Assembly (NCBI GenBank): GCA_035493615.1
Contig: DATJHW010000097.1
Coordinates: 1 to 63,660, forward strand
DNA length: 63,660 nt
Direction of reading: 5' to 3'
Source of the DNA: Candidatus Saccharimonadales bacterium
GTDB taxonomy: Bacteria > Chloroflexota > Limnocylindria > P2-11E
Positions 55,915-63,172 of the stretch are shown piece after piece. The translations under genes were made by a program, and so were the position numbers. A model generated the notes under the pieces. The model was not told where the DNA came from, made no database searches, and saw only the letters and a list, made by a program, of their open reading frames with translations. Each line of letters opens with the position of its first letter. The first letter of the stretch is position 1.

Positions 55915-56864
55915 GCGATCGCCTCCTCGAGCTGGGGACGCACCTCGGTCGCGATCCGCTCGATCGTCTCGTGGTCGAACGGCGCCATGAAGTACAGGAT
56001 GAATCCCCGGGCGCCGGCCCGCCAGAGCGCGGCGCAGCGCTCGACCAGCGCGTCGACGGTGTGGATCGGGTTCATCTTCAGCGGCTCGGGGCGCTTGGAC
56101 CGCGCGCGCACGCGCTCCAGCTGCGCCGTGACATCGCTCACCTTCGAGCGAAGGACGACATCGGGTCTCACGCTCGTCAGGGGCTTGATCTCACGTAAGT
56201 CGCGGCCGACGTCGGCGCAGTGAGCCGCAAGGACCTCGAGCTTGTGCGCGATGACCTCCGGAGTGCCATGGCCGTGCCACAAGTCCGCGTATCTGGCGAC
56301 CGTGCGGAGCGTCTTCCGCTCGCCACCGCCGCCGATGAGCAGTGGGAGCCGCTCCTGCACCGGCTTCGGCTCGGCGACCGCGTCCGTCAGCGTGTAGTGC
56401 TTGCCGGAGAAGCTCGCGGTCGGCTCGTCGAGCAGCAGACGCAGCACACGCGCGGCCTCGTCCATCCGGGCGAGCCGGCCGGCGGTCGAGGGGAAGCGCA
56501 GGCCGTACATCGCGTGCTCGCCCTCGTGCCAGGCGGCGCCGAGCCCGAGGATCGCGCGGCCGTTCGTGATGTGGTCCAACGTCGCGACCATCTTCGCCAA
56601 GACCGGTGGATGGCGGTACGTGTTCCCGGTGACGAGGGTGCCGAGACGGACGCGCGTCGTGAGGGCGCCCCACGCCGCAAGCAGCTCCCAGGCCTCGAAC
56701 ATCGGACCGTTCGGATCGCCGTCGAGCGGGACGAAGTGATCCCACGTCCAGACGGAATCGAACCCGAGCCGGTCGACGAGCGCGACCGTCTCGCGCAGCT
56801 CCGTCCAGGTCGTGTGCTGGGCCGGGAGGTTGATGCCCCAGTGCGGTCGCGGGGTCGCGACTAT
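55911..56864 (-). CDS. LLM-class F420-dependent oxidoreductase; start codon unresolved
   Basis: Track ORF 55911..56702 starts at the first ATG. The same frame stays open up to TGA 56894..56892 and encodes HWGINLPAQHTTWTELRETVALVDRLGFDSVWTWDHFVPL, which aligns with the N-terminus of the paralog at 58237. The only start-like codon there is ATA 56864, giving an ATAG overlap with the aminotransferase stop. Confidence 0.78.
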   Translation of the reverse strand: MVATPRPHWGINLPAQHTTWTELRETVALVDRLGFDSVWTWDHFVPLDGDPNGPMFEAWELLAAWGALTTRVRLGTLVTGNTYRHPPVLAKMVATLDHITNGRAILGLGAAWHEGEHAMYGLRFPSTAGRLARMDEAARVLRLLLDEPTASFSGKHYTLTDAVAEPKPVQERLPLLIGGGGERKTLRTVARYADLWHGHGTPEVIAHKLEVLAAHCADVGRDLREIKPLTSVRPDVVLRSKVSDVTAQLERVRARSKRPEPLKMNPIHTVDALVERCAALWRAGARGFILYFMAPFDHETIERIATEVRPQLEEAIA

Positions 56865-58204
56865 CCGAGCTTTCCCGTCGCCGCGTAGCGGTCAGCGACC
56901 GCGAGCGCCTCGTCGATCGCGTTGATCCCGATGCGCAGCTCCTCATCGGTGATGATCAGCGGCGGCGCGACGAAGAGCATGTTCCAGCGGCAGAACACGT
57001 AGACGTCGCGCTTCATGAGCTCGCCCTTGAGCGCGTTCGCGAGCGCGCTCGACGGGCCGTTCCACTGCTCGAGCATCTCCTTCGTGCCACGATCCTTCAC
57101 GAGCTCGACGCCCCAGAACAATCCGCGACCGCGAACATCGCCGATCGACGGATGCTTCGTCGCGAGCGTCCGTAGCTCGCGGCCGAGGCGCTCGCCCATC
57201 CGGGCGGAGTTCCCGATCAGGTCGTCGGCCTCGTACGCATCGAGCGTCGCGACGCCGGCGGCGCACGCGAGGGCGTGGCCGCTGTACGTGAGGCCGCCCC
57301 AGTAGACGTTGTCGTCGAAGTGCTTGGCGATCTTTTCGTTGACCATCGCGCCACCGAGTGGCACGTACCCGGAGTTCACACCCTTCGCGAAGGTCATGAT
57401 GTCGGGCACCGTCTGCCAGTGCTCCGAGGCGAACCACTTGCCCGTGCGCCCGAAACCGGTCATGACCTCGTCGAACACGAGCACGATCCCGTACGTGTCG
57501 CAGAGCGTCCGGAGGCCCTGGAGGAAGCCATCGGGTGGGACGAGCAGGCCCGAGGTGCCGACGATCGGCTCGAGCAGGATCGCGGCGATGTACTGCGGGC
57601 CCTCGTACCAGATGACCTCTTCGACGTGCGCGAGCGCCTTCTGCGCGTCGTCGCCGAAGACCGAGCGGTACGGATCCGGATTGAGGAAGTGCACGATCCC
57701 GGTGATGCCCGGCTCGTTGGCCCAGCGGCGGTTGTCACCGCCGAGGCTCATCGCGCCCTGGGTCTGGCCGTGGAAGCTCCGCCATTGGGTGAGGATCTTG
57801 TGGCGGCCCGTGTACAGGCGCGCGAGCTTGATCGCGTTCTCGTTCGCCTCGGTGCCACCGGTCGTGAAGAGGGTCTTGGTGAGGTCGCCCGGTGCCACAT
57901 CGGCGAGCTTGCGGGCGAGCGTCGCCTGGGCCTCGGTCGTGAACGCAGGGGTGACGTAGTTGAGCGTCGCGGCCTGCTCCTGGATCGCGCGCACGACGCG
58001 CGGATGGCCGTGACCGAGGTTGGAGTTCACGAGCTCGGAGGAGAAATCGAGGATCCGGCGGTCGCCGGAGTAGAGCCAGACGCCTTCGGCACCGGTGATG
58101 ACGAGCGGCGAAATATTCCCCTGTGCGGACCAGTTCACGAGAACGTGCTTCTTCGTGTCCGCCAGGACTTTCGCGACGTCGGTGCGATCCCGCGTGAGCG
58201 CCAT
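56861..58204 (-). CDS. class III (omega-type) aminotransferase
   Basis: ORF 56861..58234. ATG 58204 is preferred; GTG 58234 is 2 nt from the divergent gene. GGTEANE, FDEVMTGFGRTGKWF and TFAKG (PLP Lys) motifs. Confidence 0.88.
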   Translation of the reverse strand: MALTRDRTDVAKVLADTKKHVLVNWSAQGNISPLVITGAEGVWLYSGDRRILDFSSELVNSNLGHGHPRVVRAIQEQAATLNYVTPAFTTEAQATLARKLADVAPGDLTKTLFTTGGTEANENAIKLARLYTGRHKILTQWRSFHGQTQGAMSLGGDNRRWANEPGITGIVHFLNPDPYRSVFGDDAQKALAHVEEVIWYEGPQYIAAILLEPIVGTSGLLVPPDGFLQGLRTLCDTYGIVLVFDEVMTGFGRTGKWFASEHWQTVPDIMTFAKGVNSGYVPLGGAMVNEKIAKHFDDNVYWGGLTYSGHALACAAGVATLDAYEADDLIGNSARMGERLGRELRTLATKHPSIGDVRGRGLFWGVELVKDRGTKEMLEQWNGPSSALANALKGELMKRDVYVFCRWNMLFVAPPLIITDEELRIGINAIDEALAVADRYAATGKLG

Positions 58205-58236
58205 CGGCGCTCGGACTATACGCTCGGAGGCCACCC

Positions 58237-59175
58237 ATGACGTTCTTCGGCCTGCAGCTTCACCCGCAGTACACCACCTGGGACGAGATGCGCGATGCCG
58301 CGCTCCTCGCCGAGGAGAGCGGGTGGGACGTCCTCATGACGTGGGATCACTTCGTGCCGCTCATGGGCGACGTCACCGGGCCGAACCTCGAGGGCTGGCA
58401 GGTGCTCGCCGCGTTCGGCGCGATCACGAAGACCCCGAAGATCGGGATGCTCGTCACCGGCAACACGTACCGGCACCCCGCCGTGCTCGCGAACATGGCC
58501 TCCACGCTCGACAACATCACGAACGGCCGCGCGGTCCTTGGGATCGGCGCCGCATGGAACGAGCACGAGCACCGGATGTACGGGATCCACTTCGACACGC
58601 CCGCGATCCGGCTGGCGAAGCTGCGCGAGGCGACCCGGATCATCCGCGGCCTGCTCGACAAGGGGACGGTCACCTACGAGGGCAACTACTACCAGCTGGA
58701 GAACGCGACGCTCGGCACCCGGCCGATCCAGAAGCGCGTGCCGATCCTCATCGGCGGCGGCGGCGAGCGGGTCACGCTGAAGATCACCGCGCGGTACGCG
58801 GACTGGTGGCACGGGTTCGGGACCCCCGAGATCATCAAGCACAAGCTCGAGGTCCTGAAGCAGCACTGCGCCGATGTCGGACGTGACTTCAGCGAGATCG
58901 ACCCAACGGGCGGTGGGGGCATCCTGGTCCGCGACGACCTCAACACGGTCGACAAGCGGATGCGGGAGGTGGCCGCGCGGAACAAGGTCGAGGCGCCGAA
59001 CCGGCCGGCGGTGCTCGGGAAGCCCGACGACATCGTGAAGCGGCTCCTCGAATACCACAAGGTCGGGGTCAAGGGCTTCCTGTTCGGGATGTCACCGCCG
59101 TACGACCGCGAGACCATCGAACGGACGATGACCGAGGTGAAGCCGCGCTTCCTGGAGCTCGCCGGAGCGCGCTAG
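58237..59175 (+). CDS. LLM-class F420-dependent oxidoreductase
   Basis: 312 aa. FGLQLHPQ, TWDHFVPL, VTGNTYRHPAVLA, GIGAAWNEHEH and GGGGERVTL motifs. Paralog of 55911..56864. Confidence 0.88.
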   Translation: MTFFGLQLHPQYTTWDEMRDAALLAEESGWDVLMTWDHFVPLMGDVTGPNLEGWQVLAAFGAITKTPKIGMLVTGNTYRHPAVLANMASTLDNITNGRAVLGIGAAWNEHEHRMYGIHFDTPAIRLAKLREATRIIRGLLDKGTVTYEGNYYQLENATLGTRPIQKRVPILIGGGGERVTLKITARYADWWHGFGTPEIIKHKLEVLKQHCADVGRDFSEIDPTGGGGILVRDDLNTVDKRMREVAARNKVEAPNRPAVLGKPDDIVKRLLEYHKVGVKGFLFGMSPPYDRETIERTMTEVKPRFLELAGAR

Positions 59176-60947
59176 GGCGCCATGGATCTGAGCAGAGCCG
59201 GCAGGGCGAACGTGAACGTGCTTCCAGCGCCGACTTGGCTGTCGACCCAGATCCTGCCGCCGTGCAGCTCGACGAACCGCTTCGCCAGCGTGAGTCCGAG
59301 GCCCGTCCCTTCGGCGGCATGACGACCGTCCGCTGTCTGCGCAAATTCCTTGAAGAGCGTGGCTTGATCATCGGGTGCGATGCCCGCGCCTGAATCGCGA
59401 ACAGCGATCTGGACCTCGCCTTTCGTCCGCATGGCGCTGACTGAAATGCGCCCGCCGTCCGGCGTGAACTTCACGGCATTGGAGAGCAGATTGAAGACCA
59501 CCTGCTTCACCTTTCGCTCGTCAGCGGTGATGATGTCGACGTCGGGTGCGACGTCCAGCGAGAGCGCGATCCCGTGACTGGCGGCGCGCTCGCGCACCAT
59601 CGTCACACCGTTGCCGAGCACCTCGCGAAGCGAGAACGCATTCGGCTCGAGCTGCATCCGACCGGCTTCGACCTTCGCGAGATCGAGGATGTCGTTGATG
59701 AGCGACAGCAGATGCCGTCCCGAGCCAATGATGTCGTTCACGTACTCGGCCTGCCTCGGGTTGAGGTCACCGAACATGCGCTGCCCGAGAACATCGGCGA
59801 ACCCGATGACCGCGTTGAGCGGCGTGCGGAGCTCGTGAGACATGCTCGCGAGGAACTGTGACTTCGCCGCGTTCGCTTGAGCGATCCGCACATTCGCGTC
59901 GGCGAGCTCGCGTCGCTGCCGAATGGTCCGTCGCACGGTGACGGCAAGGATGTACGCCACGACAAGAAGCAGGACGATCAAGATGATCCGCACCGCGCGC
60001 TGCTGGGTGAGCGTCGAGTCCAGCTCGAGGCTCCCGACAGACGGCTGGGCAACGCCGACGATCCGCCAGCCGAGGCCGGAAACGGTCGCGGACGTCGCAA
60101 GAATCGGCCCCGCCCCGAACGGATCGTCGAACCGAGAACCGGAGAGTGGCGCCGCCAGCGCGCCGGCGATCAATGGTCCTCCACTGAGGTCCGCGAACGT
60201 GGCGGTATCCGAGGCGTACAGGTGGCTTGCTCGAACGATGAGACGACCATCTCGGTCCACGACGTACGCGTCCTGCGCCGCCGGCAGAAGTGCCTCGATC
60301 GGGTCACCCAAGATCCGCGCGGACATGTTCACGACGAGCGATCCCAGTGGCTGTCTCGTGCCGGGGTCACCGATGCGGCCGACGACCGCCACGAGGAGGT
60401 TTCCGTTCGGATCACCGACCAAAGACAGCGTCGGAATGGCGCGAAATGGGGCGGTGACCATGACGGCTTCGGTCTGCGTCGCGCCTCCGGCGTACGGCCT
60501 CGCGGAGCGATCGATGCCGATGGCGGTCCGGTTCGGGGGATCAAGCGCGACCGTGAGATTCTGGGCATCCAGGACATACCAATCCGAGTCGAACGCGCCT
60601 TGCGGAAGCTCGGGCTCGATGATCGATCGCAGCCGGGCGAGCTCTGCCTGAAGGGCGGCGGAGTCGCGGGCTTGCAGGGCAACCGCCAGCGACGTTGCCT
60701 TGCCACTGGTCGCTGGTTGGGTCATCACAGCGACCTGCGCCATCACGTTCCTGATCCGGTCGGTGATGGCAGCGGCTGCACGCTCGGTGGCGATGTTGGT
60801 GGCACGGGACTCGGCCTGGCTCGACCGTGCGCGTGCGTCGCCGGCGGCGACCTCACCCAACGCGATGATCGGGGTTCCGATCAGGACAGCAACGATCAGA
60901 ACCAGCCACAGCGGACTCGACAGGATCGTCTCGTATCGGCGTTCCAC
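59172..60947 (-). CDS. sensor histidine kinase with extracytoplasmic Cache-like domain
   Basis: 591 aa. N-terminal TM, ~270-aa periplasmic region, second TM, H-box MSHELRTPLNAVIGF, N-box NLLSNAVKFTP, G-boxes DSGAGI and GTGLGLTLA. Confidence 0.88.
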   Translation of the reverse strand: MERRYETILSSPLWLVLIVAVLIGTPIIALGEVAAGDARARSSQAESRATNIATERAAAAITDRIRNVMAQVAVMTQPATSGKATSLAVALQARDSAALQAELARLRSIIEPELPQGAFDSDWYVLDAQNLTVALDPPNRTAIGIDRSARPYAGGATQTEAVMVTAPFRAIPTLSLVGDPNGNLLVAVVGRIGDPGTRQPLGSLVVNMSARILGDPIEALLPAAQDAYVVDRDGRLIVRASHLYASDTATFADLSGGPLIAGALAAPLSGSRFDDPFGAGPILATSATVSGLGWRIVGVAQPSVGSLELDSTLTQQRAVRIILIVLLLVVAYILAVTVRRTIRQRRELADANVRIAQANAAKSQFLASMSHELRTPLNAVIGFADVLGQRMFGDLNPRQAEYVNDIIGSGRHLLSLINDILDLAKVEAGRMQLEPNAFSLREVLGNGVTMVRERAASHGIALSLDVAPDVDIITADERKVKQVVFNLLSNAVKFTPDGGRISVSAMRTKGEVQIAVRDSGAGIAPDDQATLFKEFAQTADGRHAAEGTGLGLTLAKRFVELHGGRIWVDSQVGAGSTFTFALPALLRSMAP

Positions 60948-61004
60948 GGCCGCGAGGCTAGTCCGAGATCCCCTGGGTGTATACGCCTCGGTCGTGGCGC
61001 TGAA

Positions 61005-62189
61005 TCAAGGCGAATCTGCGAGCTTCGCGATGAGGACCGCCACTGCTGCGCCAACGGCCGACGCGTCATCGGCGGGCACATCTGGCGTGAGCCCGACATT
61101 GTTGAATCGCGCCCCGGTGACCGCGCCGGCGAGCTCGGACTGCACGACGTATAGGCGCGAACCGTCCGAGCCGAGGGGAACATCGTTCTCCCCACCGAGA
61201 CAGCCCGTCGATGTGCCGCCGACGATCGTCGCGCGCTTGTTCTCATTCAGCGAAGCGGCGAAGACCTCCGGCGCTGACCCGCCCCGGTCATTCAGGATGA
61301 TCGCGATCGGCAGCTGGTACGCCGGACCCAGCCGGACGTCGCGGTTGGCGCTCAACGTCGTGGGATTGCCGCTGCGGGTCGTGTGACGCAGCGTCGGTTG
61401 GCCGTCAAGGAACCACGACGACATCGTGTCACCGCCGTTGCCGCCGATGTTGCCGCGCAGGTCGAAGAGCCAGGCCTTGGCACCAGCAGCGAGGCTCCGC
61501 TCGAGGACGGCATGCACCGCGTCCGTGATCTTGTACGTACCGACGATCTCGAACGCGTGCCAGGTGACGTACGCGATGCCATTCGCGAGGACCTTCGCCT
61601 GCAGGCCGTCCTGATCGGGCTCGCCCAGGATCGTGATGCCGCCCTCAGGGATCTGAGGGCCGGTCCCCGTGCGAGTGACGGGGCGTGAGTCATGGTTGCG
61701 TCCGTACTCGTCGACGTAGTACGTGTGGCAGTCCGGGTCGGCGCGGATCATGCCCACGATCGCCGCGTCTGCGAGCCCGTTCGCGGTCAGTTGGGGGTTG
61801 GCCGCCGCGAGAACGCCTGCGGCGGCGGCGAACTTCCGGAAGTCGTCGAGGTTCGTTCCGATGTCATCGGTGAACGTGGGGGTGGCCACGGATGCGTCAC
61901 CGCCAACGGCCGCGACAAGCGAACGCATCCCGTCGAGCGCGCCACGCAGCAGCTGTCGTGATGTCGGCCGGTGCAAAGAGCTATCCGAGATGAAGCTGTA
62001 CGCGATATCGAGCTTCGCCCGCCCGAAGGCCGGCGTCGCCGCAGGAGAGGATGCCGCGACGTCCGCGGTCCGGGCCGGGGCGCACGACGCGGCGAGGACG
62101 ATCGACAGGACGGCGATCCGCGCCAAGACCTGTACGTGCCGCGCCGAGGCCGGACGGAGCCCATTCACTTCGATCCTCTCGTGTCTCAT
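61005..62189 (-). CDS. S41-family (C-terminal processing peptidase-like) protein, probable lipoprotein
   Basis: ORF 61005..62390 trimmed to ATG 62189; a TTG nearer the lipobox is an alternative. Signal/lipobox IAVLSIVLAASC. LFDLRGNIGG and NDRGGSAPEVFAA motifs. Confidence 0.78.
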   Translation of the reverse strand: MRHERIEVNGLRPASARHVQVLARIAVLSIVLAASCAPARTADVAASSPAATPAFGRAKLDIAYSFISDSSLHRPTSRQLLRGALDGMRSLVAAVGGDASVATPTFTDDIGTNLDDFRKFAAAAGVLAAANPQLTANGLADAAIVGMIRADPDCHTYYVDEYGRNHDSRPVTRTGTGPQIPEGGITILGEPDQDGLQAKVLANGIAYVTWHAFEIVGTYKITDAVHAVLERSLAAGAKAWLFDLRGNIGGNGGDTMSSWFLDGQPTLRHTTRSGNPTTLSANRDVRLGPAYQLPIAIILNDRGGSAPEVFAASLNENKRATIVGGTSTGCLGGENDVPLGSDGSRLYVVQSELAGAVTGARFNNVGLTPDVPADDASAVGAAVAVLIAKLADSP

Positions 62190-62340
62190 CGGCCGCAGCA
62201 TGGCCTTCTGCGATCTAGGCAACCACCCACAGGAGCGCGTCGCAGCGGTGTTCCGAATCACGCCCTCAGTGCATGAATGCATGCGCTTGACGGGCGCCTC
62301 GGACTCGCGCTCGCGCGCCGGCTCACGCGGCTCATGGGCG

Positions 62341-62354
62341 GTGACGTCACGCAC
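62341..62354. promoter_or_regulatory. GTGA-N6-GCAC motif (GTG-N8-CAC), candidate Crp-family binding site upstream of the crp-like gene
   Basis: gtgacgtcacgcac lies about 80 nt upstream of GTG 62432, in the divergent S41/crp intergenic region. It contains the 10-bp palindrome gtgacgtcac. Confidence 0.25.
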
Positions 62355-62431
62355 GACTCCACGCCCGGACGTGGCTCCTTTCACGGTCACCGTCCCGGCC
62401 GCTTGACGGCGGGCGGCACTATTCAGCGGAC

Positions 62432-63103
62432 GTGGAATCGGCTGCCGTCGCAGACTTCCTCTCCGAGAGCCCGCTGTTCGCCTGCCTGAGCGAGCAGGAC
62501 CGGTTGACCCTCGCGGCGAAGATGCGGCTGCGCACGTTCGGTCGCGACGAGGTGATCTTCCACCGCGACGACCCGGCGGGCCAGGTGTTCCTCATCACGT
62601 CCGGCACGGTGAAGGTATCGATCCCCGATGAGCAGGGCCGCGAGGTGGTGGTCGCGCTCGAGCGCGGAGGCGATGTCTTCGGCGAGCTCGCGCTGTTCGA
62701 CGAAGGGCCGCGGTCGGCGACCGTGACCGCGCTCACCGAGACGCACGCCCTGTCGCTCGCGCGACAGGAATTCATCGCGACGCTCGAGCGCAATCCGGAC
62801 GCGATGCGCCGGATGCTCTCGCTTCTCGTGAAGATCGTGCGTCACAGCACCGGGCACGTGGAGGACCTCGTCTTCCTCGATCTTCCCGGGCGGGTCGCGA
62901 AGTGCCTGCTCGACCTCGCGGATGCCTCGGGCGGCGATCAGGTCGACCTCACCCAGGAGGACCTCGCGGGCTTCGTGGGCGCCACGCGCGTCTCGGTGAA
63001 CCGCGTGCTCGCCGATCTCGAGAAACGCGACGCGATCAAGATCGGCCGGCGGAACATCAAGCTCCGGGACCGCGCGATCCTGCAGGGCGAGATCCGTTAC
63101 TAG
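62432..63103 (+). CDS. Crp/Fnr family transcriptional regulator
   Basis: 223 aa. cNMP-binding domain (GDVFGELALF, RSATVTA) and C-terminal HTH (LAGFVGATRVSVNRVLADL). Confidence 0.9.
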   Translation: MESAAVADFLSESPLFACLSEQDRLTLAAKMRLRTFGRDEVIFHRDDPAGQVFLITSGTVKVSIPDEQGREVVVALERGGDVFGELALFDEGPRSATVTALTETHALSLARQEFIATLERNPDAMRRMLSLLVKIVRHSTGHVEDLVFLDLPGRVAKCLLDLADASGGDQVDLTQEDLAGFVGATRVSVNRVLADLEKRDAIKIGRRNIKLRDRAILQGEIRY

Positions 63104-63108
63104 AAGCG

Positions 63109-63135
63109 GAAGGCGGCCCCGACGGGGCCGCCTTC
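63109..63135. terminator. perfect 12-bp hairpin between convergent genes (terminator-like, no clear T-tract)
   Basis: gaaggcggcccc-gac-ggggccgccttc, 6 nt after the crp-like stop and 38 nt from the stop of the convergent repeat-protein gene. Confidence 0.5.
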
Positions 63136-63172
63136 ACCGGACATGGAGGGTGCGCGTCCTGATCGTCCTGGG

